This document shows, piece after piece, positions 23,401-36,619 of a DNA stretch of 43,460 bases. A program made the translations under genes and the position numbers. The notes beneath the pieces are model-generated. The model made no database searches and was not told where the DNA came from. It saw only the letters and a list, made by a program, of their open reading frames with translations. Where the stretch lies: contig NC_068981.1 in assembly GCF_001194135.2 (NCBI RefSeq), positions 90,897,627 through 90,941,086 of the forward strand, in the 5' to 3' direction. The stretch's first letter is position 1. Each line of letters opens with the position of its first letter. The DNA is from Octopus bimaculoides (taxonomy: Eukaryota).

Positions 23401-26400
23401 ATATTTGGGAAGATGGTGAACTTCTAGTGAGGCTGTTGTTAGACATTGAAATCTTAGAGCGTCAATGATCAGATAACTAAGACGTTCAAGATATGGTGAC
23501 GGACGGAGGCATTTGTTTCTGGATAGCTTCCAGTAGATCGATATTCTAGACAAGACGGGTGATGCAAAAAAAATAAAAAATAAATAAATAATTCAAAACA
23601 ACGGGAATGTCACTAGCTGAGACAACTTTGGTCGTAGATCTCAATCAGGACTGACTTACGCTTAAACAAATATGGAATACAATAATTACCATAATGAGGC
23701 AAGAGCCATCCTTGTAAATAAGCGCAGCACTATAAAATAAACGTGGTTTTTTTTTAATGCTGGATTTCAGTACTGAAGCGTAAAAAGTAAAACACATGTC
23801 CTATATGTTGGAAAAAGAGGCAACTATGAAAAGCATTCAAACATAGCTAATCATTTTGTCATATTTACAGGAATAGTGAACCCTGGATTACATTATGAAA
23901 ATAGCCCCTTCTTAGACGGTTGAGTGCCTTTCGAATAATGATTGATTCAAGGAAGAAAAATTGAATTCGCTGGTCTATAATCAAATTAATGGAATTCTAC
24001 GATCGTGAAATGGAATGATGGAATTTCTAATTAAAGGTTAATAGTCTAAAAACATAGTAACACTACAAATGAATTTAAAAGACAAATAGATGCCATTGAA
24101 GCATAATGAAGAAATGCTTGTAGATTTGGTTCACTTTTAAGAAGAGAAACTTTAAGAAGTGCAATCAAATATTTTTCTGATTACATCTTTCCTCCTCAAG
24201 AAAAAAAAAAAAAGAACGTAGTGGATAAAGTATTCTTAAATAGAGAGAAGTGGATGGGATGTTCACGGCTGGAGCCCTCTCATCATAATCCGGTTGACCA
24301 AAGTTGACCAGAGGTGCTAAACAACATCAACGTTGTAAAATATAACAATATGCATAAACAGCTAAGTATTAACAGACCACTGTATAGCTGTTCCACTCGC
24401 CAGAGAGGCCAATCAATGGAAATCAAAATTAATTGCATGATAATAAAGTGATGAAAAAAATCCTTCAAGTTTATTGTATCGTAGCCTATTATACCAGTAT
24501 AATTTATTGACCATAAACTGATAGGGACAAAGTTTCTGATTCAAACAAAACCAATAATTTATTTCTGAATAATGAACGTGTGAAAGATTGTGAAAACTTA
24601 ACTAAAATGTCTTAGGAGTAGAAAACATAACCTACACAAATCCTTTTAAACATCTGAATATAATTATTCTCGAGAAATTTCTTTCCATTTTTAATTTACT
24701 TTCCGGAAAATCGCAATTGGATTTCTCTCAAAGAAACTCACAAAGATTCATGACCAGTAATTGACGATTAGCAATATTGATAGGATATTATGTAACGTAT
24801 TGATTTCTCGTATAGAAAATCATATCAGTCACTCAAGTCTTGTGAGGAAGCCTCTTCATATAAGTAGTGTTACAACCTATCAAATGTTATAAGTCATATC
24901 TTACACAAATCACATCCTACCTTCTTTAATAAAGCACATATGAGATAACGTAATATTAGTCATAGCCCTAAAATGACTGCATGGTCACAACTTTAATATT
25001 TTTGATCACAGTCCTACTCGGTTAGAGTTGAACTAGAGCGAAACTGAAAAAAGTCCCTTACAACCGCTTTTTATAACAATTTAAGTTTCATTATATTTAT
25101 TGCCTATTATGTTCCAAAATGCAACAGTATTGAATATCAGAAGTCATAGAATGCCAGATTAAATGAATTACATTATTTCATCTTGTACAGGGGTGGTGGT
25201 TTGGCAGAGTCTAACGACAGTCGCGAAAATGCTTTGCGGTATTTGTTCTAGTTCTTACAAGATTAAATCGTGCCTAGATCAACGTTGTCTTCCAGCCAAT
25301 CGGGTTCAATAAAATAAATTACTATCAAGTAACGGGCCAATGCAAGTGATTAATCTCCTGGAAATATCTGGCTTTACACCTAAACATTACTTAATCTTGT
25401 ATATAAACATACTGAATTTGAATCGTGCATGGATCAATCTTACTTTTTCTCCTTAAGAGTGAGCAAAATAAGTACCATGTATACGTGGAGTCAGTCCCAG
25501 ATTCCTGTCAATTCAAGTCAAAATGATCTCAAAGTCAATAAAATAAGAAACTAGTCAAATGAACCGATTATATACCAATAACAAAATATGGCTTAAGGCC
25601 TCGGTGAAATACTATTTTCCCAACGCGATTAACTGAGGTGCATCTCGACCAGTTAAAAAATAACTTTTTAGATTACTGTGTTTTATTGTCTTCCAGTCTT
25701 GGTGCTTCTCATTTTATTATTTAGAACACTCATTTCATTCTTTGCTGCTAAGCTATTTGATAAAATTGACAAAATTAGTTCTTGATATTTTAAGTTCGCT
25801 AATCGTATGCATAATAAACTGCCAACCTTAACTCAACTGTATATGAAAATGAAAATATGTTATTATGACGTTCTTGCTTTTCCCAAATGGATTAGCAACA
25901 TATAAAATGGCTTCCAATAGCATCAGTTGAAATTATACTTCACTTACGTTATTAATACTACAGTATGAAGAATATCAACGCAGAACACCACAATCAGCTT
26001 TGGCTATATGAATAAGAAACTGATATTATTTCATAATGCTCATACAACTAATATTTTGGCCCTTAATCCAGTCTTCTTCAAAAGAGTAACATAAATATAA
26101 CAGACACTACACCAGTTACATAATACTCTCATTGTTTACATATGTAATCTTTATATGATTAAAGAACAACTTAATACTTATTACTCAATCAATTTTAGAG
26201 TAGAATGTCAAGATATTAAATAAAAATGCTACATCGAAGACATATTCTGAACCATTAAGGATTTTGCCAGTAATATGACACCTAATCAAAGCAATTTGTA
26301 GCGTGTTTCTATTTTGCATTGCATTAGTAAACAATCAAGGAAATTAATAAATAATAATTCCATAAATATATTTTCCATAAGAAATAATCGTATATTTTGA

Positions 26401-27030
26401 TATTTCCCACCCTATATACTAATATTTTTGAAGGAAATTTATTATGCAAGTATTGCTACAAGAATTGACAACATAATGGTGGTTTTATCAGTATAAGTTG
26501 CATAGAAATATAAAAAGGAGGGGTATATATTTGGATGGCAAACATATCCTCTTCATTTTACATACTAATGCTATGAGAAAGGTCTTCGTCCAATGCTCAA
26601 GAAAAATAATTTCTACTTTGATGACAAACTCCAATGGAAATGCTAATAACATATATTCATGGATACACGTACTTTTGAAAGCACACGAATTTTCAGTGAC
26701 TAACATATACTTTCTGCTTCAATTCACTCATTTTGTTATTCGGGTATAAGCTGTAGATGCCTATATCTGCAACAACTTCATACATACATACATACATATA
26801 TGCATACATACATACATACATACATATATATATANNNNNNNNNNNNNNNNNNNNNNNNNNNNNNNNNNNNNNNNNNNNNNNNNNNNNNNNNNNNNNNNNN
26901 NNNNNNNNNNNNNNNNNNNNNNNNNNNNNNNNNNNNNNNNNNNNNNNNNNNNNNNNNNNNNNNNNNNNNNNNNNNNNNNNNNNNNNNNNNNNNNNNNNNN
27001 NNNNNNNNNNNNNNNNNNNNNNNNNNNNNN

Positions 27031-27112
27031 CATAAATATATAGGGATTGACAGTAACCTGCTTCTCCAACATGTTGGAGAAGCAGGTTACTGTCAATCCC
27101 TATATATTTATG
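27031..27112. repeat. Perfect 82-bp spacerless palindrome at a gap edge
   Basis: 27031-27071 is the exact reverse complement of 27072-27112 (centre AACATGTT). Confidence 0.95.
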
Positions 27113-27353
27113 ATTATAAATTATTTACCGAAGAAGGTTTTTTTCATACTGAGCTACCCGGCAGAAATTGTTAATTATTAATTTTATTACTAATTGATGA
27201 TTCCCTGCCCTGCATATCTATATATATATATATATATATAATGCCAGTGCAACACTATAGTTATAAGTTTAAGTTTTCCAATAAGCTTGGTGGGGTGTTT
27301 ATAAATCCACTTTCACACCATATGTTTCATTTATAACTTTCTTTTTGTCACAG

Positions 27354-27486
27354 TTTTGGGCTGCTTACGTCCCCTGCGACACTCAGTTCAAAGATGCTGT
27401 TACTAAATCTTTGGAACAAGTTGACATTATCAAGAATTTGGTTGCAAAATATCCCGAAGTATTTGAATTCGTCACTACATCTCAAG
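27354..27486 (+). CDS. DPEP1-like: Membrane dipeptidase, internal exon B
   Basis: Acceptor ctttttgtcacAG|TTT and donor CAAG|GTtagt. 133 nt, phase 0 to 1. Translates [44 protein letters not shown](G), continuing exon A in frame (family motif QFWS.Y.PC..Q.KDAV...LEQ.D). Confidence 0.95.
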
Positions 27487-27841
27487 GTTAGTATGAAAAT
27501 CGCTAACAATTGGTATTTATTGAAAAAATCGATTCATATTCGTATGAGATAACTTAAAAAAAGAACCCAAAACGAAAACAAAGCAAGACAATTTAACAAC
27601 TCACCGAAAGATTATTGTATTCAATTTCATCGATGTTTAAGTTCTGAGATCAAACCTCATAGAGATTAGCTTTACTTCCTCATTCCAGCAAGATCAAGAA
27701 TATCATTACTTGCAATATATTGCCGTTCATAACTCTGTTAACAAAAACTGGCCCCTGTATGTAATCAAAAGAAGCTTATATATATATGTATAGAGAGAGA
27801 GAGATGGGGGGGGAGAGGGATACAAATAAGATAATAGTGTT

Positions 27842-27970
27842 TTTTCGAACGCAGACACGCCGTTAGAACAGCAGAAAAATTGGGTAAATTGCCTATACAA
27901 AGCAGAAAAATTTGTATGGGTTACTTATCCAATGTTTCTGGTGTTTTAACGGCGTCTCTGTGTTCGAAAA
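27842..27970. repeat. Fold-back element (probable MITE): 60-bp imperfect inverted arms with a 9-nt loop
   Basis: Arms 27842-27901 and 27911-27970 match at 50 of 60 positions by hand alignment. Confidence 0.85.
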
Positions 27971-29268
27971 TAAATTATCATTTTATTTGAATCTTAATAC
28001 ACACATTTCGGTGCTTATTATAAAAGACAAATGTTAATTTGTCTATATTTACGTAGGCGTGGATTTATATATATTTTTGAATAGAATTTATTTTCGATAA
28101 TTTCAATTGATTTTAATCGATTTAAATTTCATTTCTATTTGAAAATTGGTTATGAAACACGTGTAATCTTTTTATTATATTTATCTTATGATATTTACTT
28201 TACTTTATATTATACTCATTTATTGTGCTTTTAATTATTAATTTTTCTATATGTGATAGTGGATTTCATCGATGAGTTCTTGAAAATTGGTTATTTTCCC
28301 TAAAACTATATATTTATATATACTTTATCTATAAGGCTCAATTCAATATTAATTTTTTATAAATTGATTTTAATTGAGTTTTTTTACCTGTAATTTTGGA
28401 TTTTGTCCCTAATATTNNNNNNNNNNNNNNNNNNNNNNNNNNNNNNNNNNNNNNNNNNNNNNNNNNNNNNNNNNNNNNNNNNNNNNNNNNNNNNNNNNNN
28501 NNNNNNNNNNNNNNNNNNNNNNNNNNNNNNNNNNNNNNNNNNNNNNNNNNNNNNNNNNNNNNNNNNNNNNNNNNNNNNNNNNNNNNNNNNNNNNNNNNNN
28601 NNNNNNNNNNNNNNNNNNNNNNNNNNNNNNNNNNNNNNNNNNNNNNNNNNNNNNNNNNNNNNNNNNNNNNNNNNNNNNNNNNNNNNNNNNNNNNNNNNNN
28701 NNNNNNNNNNNNNNNNNNNNNNNNNNNNNNNNNNNNNNNNNNNNNNNNNNNNNNNNNNNNNNNNNNNNNNNNNNNNNNNNNNNNNNNNNNNNNNNNNNNN
28801 NNNNNNNNNNNNNNNNNNNNNNNNNNNNNNNNNNNNNNNNNNNNNNNNNNNNNNNNNNNNNNNNNNNNNNNNNNNNNNNNNNNNNNNNNNNNNNNNNNNN
28901 NNNNNNNNNNNNNNNNNNNNNNNNNNNNNNNNNNNNNNNNNNNNNNNNNNNNNNNNNNNNNNNNNNNNNNNNNNNNNNNNNNNNNNNNNNNNNNNNNNNN
29001 NNNNNNNNNNNNNNNNNNNNNNNNNNNNNNNNNNNNNNNNNNNNNNNNNNNNNNNNNNNNNNNNNNNNNNNNNNNNNNNNNNNNNNNNNNNNNNNNNNNN
29101 NNNNNNNNNNNNNNNNNNNNNNNNNNNNNNNNNNNNNNNNNNNNNNNNNNNNNNNNNNNNNNNNNNNNNNNNNNNNNNNNNGTAGCTGTCTGTTGTCCCA
29201 TAAAATATCTGTGGGCTCCTGCCGAGAGAGCGGCTTAAAAGCATTCATTGAATGGGTATTATGTTCAG

Positions 29269-29320
<52 letters not shown>

Positions 29321-29329
29321 ATTGTGTTT

Positions 29330-29530
29330 ATTGTGTTGAATGTCCTTTCAATATGTTTGGAATGTGACCAGCTGTGTGTTAATGGGTGTTTATGTTGTGA
29401 TGAATACCTTGTTAAGAAAGGAATTAAGATTTTCCTTCTTTTTGGTGTGTGTGGGTTTGAACCGCGATGTTTTCTTTTGAGTGTCTCCAGCTGTTTGTAT
29501 GTGTTGTATGATGGTTTTTTGGATATCTCC
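29330..29530 (-). mobile_element. Possible Penelope-like RT-to-endonuclease linker remnant
   Basis: Minus frames give IQKTIIQHIQTA and KRRKILIPFLTRYS, weakly resembling the PLE linker (YP...I...I.KA; IPF.T.Y.P). Flanked by (GT)n. Confidence 0.3.
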
Positions 29531-29536
29531 AGGTGT

Positions 29537-29576
<40 letters not shown>

Positions 29577-29868
29577 GCGTGCGCGTGTAATGTTTTCTTT
29601 CGGGTGTCTTCACATGTGTGGTTTTGTTGTTACTTTCTAATTTACATTTTATTTTGTCATTCATTAAGTTTCTATTCTTTATGAAGAAAGAAATAAACCT
29701 TTACGAATGTAGATATCAGTAATAAAGGGAATATGTCATAACGATTATTATGAAACATTCTGACGAGTAAGTGAGCGTTAGAATGATATGTTTTAGATAC
29801 ATTATATCAACGATGTATATGTAATTAATTACTAAGTATAGAACATTTGATTAATTATCTACTTTCAG

Positions 29869-30019
29869 GAATCAGGGACGCCTTTAAAAACAAGAAAATT
29901 GCAAGTTTAATTGGTTTGGAAGGCGGTCATTCAATTGATAGCAGCTTAGGAACTCTAAGAATGTTTTATGATCTCGGAGTACGCTACATGACAGTAACAC
30001 ACAGCTGTAATACACCATG
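29869..30019 (+). CDS. DPEP1-like: Membrane dipeptidase, internal exon C
   Basis: Acceptor actttcAG|GA and donor CCATG|GTgagt. 151 nt, phase 1 to 2. Translates (G)[49 protein letters not shown](W), with the EGGH metal-ligand motif and the THSCNTPW motif. Confidence 0.96.
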
Positions 30020-30589
30020 GTGAGTATTTGGCCGAAGAAAGAAATCTGGCTAATTATTATTTATTATTGCAAAAGACAGCAGAGTGCAGAAATGATGAAG
30101 TACCGGGTACAAATGTTTTATGGTATAGAGCAAAGGCGAAGAAACTTTTCAATACCAAGGGCGGGATGCAAGAGCAGTTTTAGTGGGGAGGGGAAGTTGA
30201 TTAGATCGATCCTAGTGTTCAACTGGTTTTTATTTTATCGATTTCGAAAAGATGCACGGTAAGGTCAAGTGCAGTGGAATTTGAAATTAGATGGTAAAGT
30301 GACGGAAGAAATACCGCGAAGCATTTTATTGTGTGATAACGATTCTGCCATCTCGCCACCTTCATCTCCGCTGAAAAAATAATTGATATTTGTTTGCTAA
30401 ATTTTATAGGTAAACACCTTTATTAAATTAGAGTTTTGGCTTTCAGGTTTAAACGATGCTATCAGATAGTTTTCTTTCTGGTTGCTCTACTTCGTTAGCA
30501 GATAGTTTCAAATTTGAATGCTAGCAGAATTAACTCTGTAAGTGAATAATTCTTAACCCACCATCCTTTGAATTCTGACTTGATCATGA

Positions 30590-30990
30590 TGATGAAGTGG
30601 TGGAATTATTAGAAGGTCGGGCAAAAGGCTTTACGATATTTCTTCCAGCTCTTTCAATTCTGAGTTTAAGCCCCGCGAAGTACAACTCTGCCTTTCTTCC
30701 TTACAGAGCAAAATAAACTGTTCCAGCACTGGAGTCAATATAATTGACTGTCATTAGGCGGTGAGCTGGCAGGATCTTCAGTGCGCCTGGTAAAGTACTT
30801 AGCGACATTTCGTCTGTCTTTACGTTCTGAGTTCAAATTTCGTCGAGGCTGATTTTGCCATTCATCCTTTCGGGGTCGATAAAATAAATACTAGTTGAGC
30901 ACTGGAGTCGTTGTAATCGACTTACATCGTTTTCCGGAATTACTGACCTTTTGCCAAATTTTGAAACCGATGTAATTGACTGTCACATCT
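30590..30990 (+). mobile_element. Two tandem copies of the ~200-bp SINE-like repeat
   Basis: The second copy (from about 30756) reads aggcggtgagctggcagg..cgtctgtctttacgttctgagttcaaatt..catcctttcggggtcgataaaataaatactagttgagcactgg. The first is more decayed. Confidence 0.75.
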
Positions 30991-31520
30991 CATCAACTTT
31001 CTGGTCTCGTAGCTCTGCAAGAAATCATATTTCCTCGAGGTTGCTTATGCTTTTTATTCCTCTTGAGTCAACAAAACAAGTGTCAGTCACAATACTCGCT
31101 CGGTTATATCAACTATAGCACACCCTCTATATTTGTGGCTTCGTTTTAATGCTAGAACATGATGTGCGGAGTAAATGCTTCGTACTATTTACGTACCGAT
31201 AGAATTTATATTCAAATACCAACAAAGTCAAGTTTGCTACTAATCCCTCTGTTATCTTATACTATATAATATGTGTTTTGGAGTTGAATCTATCGATTCT
31301 GTGTAGTGGTATGCAAAGATGAGGAATCAAATTTCAAGAAAGTCCTCTCTTTATATTTTCGTCAGAGAAACAGACAGGCTGTGCCCATGTCTTTTTAAGG
31401 ACCTTAGTGATCGGTTTTTCTTTTTTCAGTGCCCACAGAATGGTAGTCAAAGTATTTATGGGGATGCAATTTCAAAGTTTCTTTTTGGGTACTTTCACAT
31501 AGTTGAGAGATAGAGAGAAA

Positions 31521-31524
<4 letters not shown>

Positions 31525-31581
<57 letters not shown>
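31525..31581. repeat. (GA)n microsatellite
   Basis: Direct inspection. Confidence 0.97.
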
Positions 31582-31585
<4 letters not shown>

Positions 31586-31789
31586 TGAGGGTAAGAAATT
31601 AACTTCAGCGCCTGACTGCTAATTTATTTATTAACATACAAAATGAGGAAATAAAATGTTGACCGAAGATGGGACTTGAACATAATCAGCCGGTAGGTTT
31701 TCCGATGTTCTAACAATTTTGCCAATAGTTTACTATTTCTGAGCTAGGATCAAAATTAAAAATTTTGAGCGAGGGAACAGAAGTTTACA

Positions 31790-33600
31790 TGTACCCAAGT
31801 ATATGATCAGTAGAATGCACTCTAGTATATGATCAGGCAAAGTTGAGCTCAGCGGAATTTGCATTTAAGGTGCAGAGAGCTGGAGCATATACTGCAAAGT
31901 ATTCTGTAAGACAAATTGTGTCAGTTCATCGCCTTTCCGAGGTCGTTTTGAGGAAGGAAGAGTATTGGGTAGCATTTTGCAGTGGACAATACTCTGCTGC
32001 AGAGTACTCCAACAAAGACAACTAAGGGTCAGGTAGCTGTGTCAAAACGTGCGACATACTTAGTCCAATATCTCAAAATAGGAATAAACTGGTGACCTTC
32101 TCAAATCTTTAGTCTACTCGTAGTTGTGATTGAAGACTCTTTCAAGTTACCCGCACCATGGTTGTATCTGAAACCAAGCAGCCGTAATTAAATTAAGACG
32201 TATGCTCATGCTATTGAAATAAGCAAAAATGTGAGCTACGTTGATGTCAACACAGTTTACACAAACTAATGAACCAGAAGAAATATATAGTAAAATAAAC
32301 TTGAAGCATAAATAGAATAAAAATCATAAATATGTCAGTAACTATAAAAGGAAAAGTTATTTCGTAGACAATATTTTTTTAATATTAAAAAGAGGTTATA
32401 TAATGGAGCAAGCGAATTCATTCGTTGAAAAACCTACATGATAAAGCAAATTTGTCTTAGTCTACAAGATCTCATATTGACAAAAATAGAACCTGTGCAT
32501 GGTTGTAAAGAAAATACAAAATTCTTCTGCATCGGGACATAAACGGTCGAAAGTTTCAGAGAACCACCTATGCTGCCATTCATACTTAGTATCACTAACA
32601 TGTCACCTAGATCTCGGAAGATGGTCCTTGTCCCGAGACTTAGCTCTTTCTTAAATGACACAGCCATTCAACAGGACCCAGTTCAACCAAAAGGGGGCAT
32701 ACACTTGTCGGATAGGAGAAGTGTAAGTGTTTGAGTGTCTGAAAACTTTGTTTCTCCGCTGACTATCACATCTAAATCAAGTGAGAAGTCATTTTGCAGT
32801 CACCCATAATTTTAGATGTCTCAGACTACTAATATTCAAACATCAAATTTCCAATCCTATTATTGTTATCGGGAAGAATAAAAAGGAATAGCCAACCGAA
32901 GGTTTATTTTCCTTTGGAATTGTTAGCTGGCAGTAAACTGTTAAGGACTTGACTCACCAAATAATTTCCCCCACGTGATCCAGGAAGAGCATTTCTATCC
33001 ATTGATACACTACTGCTATTTTCCCGGGCAAAATTCTGTCGTTCTGGGGGCCCGCAGAAAAATCACCTTGTTTTTTCCTCCACCATAGATAGTATTTTTA
33101 GTTTCTTTTTCCTTTTTAGAGTCCTGCTAGCGTATTTTGTCCCTGTGGACAACTGAAAAGTTGAGAAAATGTGCGCGGCTAGCAGAATTTCTATGAGTGA
33201 GCATGGCTAACCTGGTCTTCAGACTTGGTTTGGCCCTTTCCTGACCTTCTCATCACTTTGTTGACTAGTGATCCCATGTTCAGTTTTCTCCACGTCATAG
33301 AAAGACGATAAATTGGAAACGATGATAGAGCCTCTAATTGGATTTGTAATCTATGAGGAGATGCCTTTACTACTATGCACTTCACCCTCATTGTCACTGT
33401 TGCTGCTGCTGAGGCGGTTTCATTTTTAACCAGGCCATATTAAGAAAAGTACTGATGGTACCAGGATATCTTTAGAAAAGCACCGGTGGTTCCAGTGATT
33501 CTGTGATTTGTAGTTCAGGGATCTGTTGAGTTGCAAATGGCGTCATTTGTCGTCTGCTCTTGTTTTTCCTTTCTCTTTATACTCTGTTTTTCTTAATGTA
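31790..33600 (-). mobile_element. Degenerate LINE (Tx1/L1-like) fragment with an APE endonuclease N-terminus
   Basis: Minus strand about 32860-32530 gives CLNISSLR..SLDLDVIVSGETKF..MAVSFKKELSLGTRTIFRDLGDMLVILSMNG..LKLSTVYVP, matching APE motifs LNVRGL, D+++LQET, GVA+L+K, D..GR+++ and VYAP. The outer boundaries are approximate. Confidence 0.55.
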
Positions 33601-34379
33601 GTTTTCCTATAATATATGTTGCACCTGAATTTTCTGTCCAGCAATACGAGACTGATCGATTCAAGGGTTAAAAAACAGATGGAACCTATCGCTCGGATGG
33701 CCTTATGATCCGTGAGAATTATTAAGATTTAATGTTGTATTCCGACTCCCGACCAATACTTTTAGTGATTAATCTGAACTCATAATATTTTACGAAAGTC
33801 ATAAACAGGCATGAGTCTATTTTCTCGCTCATGTCTCATGAGCTTGATCCTCACGTTTTTTCATCCAGTTATCAGGAAACAAATCTATAACTTGGCATAT
33901 GTGTGTCGTATTTCTTTCAGTCCTCTCCTTCGATTTCCGTGTCAGATTTATTGTCCGATGCATGCCAAAGCTCTGGCTACTTGTCAGTGAGAAGCAGAGA
34001 TAAGTCGCTGCCCTTTTTTCCCCCTTCCCGTTTTCTCTATTAATTCCTGAAGCAAAGAGGTGTGACTTTTCGCAATTCACTGTATATCTTATTTATTTAT
34101 ATCTTAATGTATTGAAATTACAGTTCTCGCCACTCCCCAGCGACACTGACAAAATATGTTACTGAGTCATTGTTGCTATTGTTGTAATTTCTGCTAACAT
34201 ACGTAATATTTTTCATATTTTTATTGCTCAATGTCCTATTGTTAATATTGAGTTTTGTTACTCACGATAGTTCTGAAAGAACTTTTTTTCTCATGCTGGA
34301 ATGCATATCTTTTTAAATTGAGCTTCTATTTTGTAAGGTTTGTTGTTGTTTACATTCATGCTACAAACAACAATTGTGG

Positions 34380-35150
34380 ATGCCTCCTCCAACTACGACA
34401 CCAAAGACGCCAGGGCTGAATAGCCTTTTTTTTAATACCTGCAATAAATTGCAAAACTGAAGAAAGAATTAAAAAGGAAAGTAAACTGCAAGAGATCAGC
34501 ACTTTACCTTTGAGAAGAAAAGCAAACTTTTGGATAAAAGCCAACCATAAAAATTGCAACACCGATGAAAAGTTAAACCTAGCAATTATAAAATTACGTA
34601 AAAAAAAACACAAACAGCAACACTGTCATGTCAAACGACATAATATATGCAAATAAAATAAAAAGTAGCTAATTTCTCAGATCTACTCATATAGGAATTT
34701 CGAACTCAAGTAAACAACATGGAAGACAAAAATCACAAAATGATAGATAATAAGAGAAAGACCTCTCAAGCCTTCAGGCGTTAGAAAAATCAATAATGAA
34801 ACGACGCAGTTGAGTAAAGGGAGACAAATAGTACAGAAGTATTGAAAGTAGGAAAGGGCATGAAACAAGGAACCCTCACTAAATCGCGAAGTATATTTTG
34901 ATAAAAAAAGCGATACCGACACTTTGAAAAAAAAAAAAAATGATAATCAAGAAGCAGGAAGAATAAAGTAAAAATCAACGAACCCCCAGCTCCTGTAGCA
35001 TGGGAAGTAGAATTCTGGGGAGGATAATGGCAGCAAAGAAATCACCTATGGTGAAGACTGTAAGAAAATGCATAAATAAAATAAGCACAGAACGTGAGGC
35101 ACAATGACGCAAAAGATAGTCTAGATATTGTAAAAAGAAAGAAAAAACAA
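34380..35150 (+). mobile_element. Highly degraded LINE reverse transcriptase remnant
   Basis: KTPGLNS (cf. K.PGPDG) near 34404 and TEVLKVGKGMKQGTL (cf. F.V..GVRQGC.LSP) near 34840. Many stops. Confidence 0.35.
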
Positions 35151-36619
35151 AAACAAAAAAAGACAAAACAAAAACAAAACCAAAAAACAACAACTGAAAG
35201 GCATCAGGATAAAATATAAAATTCTAATTAAAAAAATGTTAAGAAGGAATAATAGCACATATTTTTGTATTCGCAAGTCTTAGAGCATGTAACCTGTCTC
35301 TGACGATATGACATTGCGTGGGGCATCGAAAAAGCAGCTCAGGGGTTCTCAATCGGCAACATCAGCTATGCTGTCTCTATTGAAATTATATGTAGATGTA
35401 CAACGTGAATTTTCAGTGGATTGTGGTGGTAATTTAAAAAAAACCCAAAAAAGAAAAAAAAAGAAAAAGAGATAAAAGGGCTCATGATTCAAAACGAGAA
35501 ATAGTGAAGTACTTTTCTTATTGAGATTATACAACCAACTCAAAGTGGAGAAACAACTGGTATGGAAGTAGCCACTGATCGGCACCATTAACTTCAATCT
35601 TGGACCGTTCTCTGTTTTTTTTTTTTTGTAAGGGCTGCTTTCTAAAATATGGATGAAGTCATCTGATTACCTTTTAAAGATATCCAGAAATTTATAAGTG
35701 TGTTTGTTATATTACCTTGTCCGATTTCCTTGAGGCCTACATAGTTGGCTAGATAATTGTTTCTTTTTTTCAGTAAATAAGCATGAAATCATATTTGAAA
35801 TGAACATAGTATATTTATATATATATGTTTCTTGGCCAGGCATTTTGTAGTATAAAAGAAATATTTACATTCGAAGCTTGTTCATACAACCTTACAATGA
35901 GCTTATTACTGTTCTACTATGTACAAGGAATTTCTAGAGCAACCTGCTGGTAGAGAGTAATGAATCCTGTTTTGAATCTTGTCAGTTTATGACAGTTTTA
36001 ATTTGCTGCCAATGTTGGAAGTAGAAAGAAAGCTGAACTGGCATGTCATTTCCCTTAAAATTCAGCTCTTGACCTATCGCAAATACTTTTGTGATATAAT
36101 TTCTTTCACTGGAAGTATATAACTCTAAGGCTAGATCAAATAATACACTTAAAATCGATATGAAATCGACGCGAATAGTCAGAAACTGCTGCACCAAATG
36201 ATTCACAACGATTATTTTGTTTTAGTTTTTACACATTGGCATATATTGTATTTCGTTATTTCAGTGACGATAAAATAATTTCGGGAATATACAATACCCA
36301 GTTCAATAGATTATACATCTATAAATATTGGTTATGTTACTCGTCCACAGAAATCAATAATCAAAGCAAATTTAATAACCACGAGAAAGAAAAAGAAATA
36401 TTTAATTAATATATTTTCTTACCATTTCATGAAAACCTGATAGCTTTCTTTGAATACTTACTGGCTGTGAGAAAAGTTTTTTACGTGTGGCCTGAGGAAG
36501 ACTTAGCTGCTAATTCTTGAAGGTTGAGCGACTGCGAAGAATTTCTAAATAAAAAAGGATGCATTGAATATACTATGCGTGAAAAAAATTGCGGGAATGT
36601 CACTGCTTGGATATCATTG

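Noticed and set aside
28338-29248. Long ORFs of 160-287 aa (also 19683-20215, 26757-27174, 41434-42041)
   Set aside because: They stay open only because they run through N-gaps.
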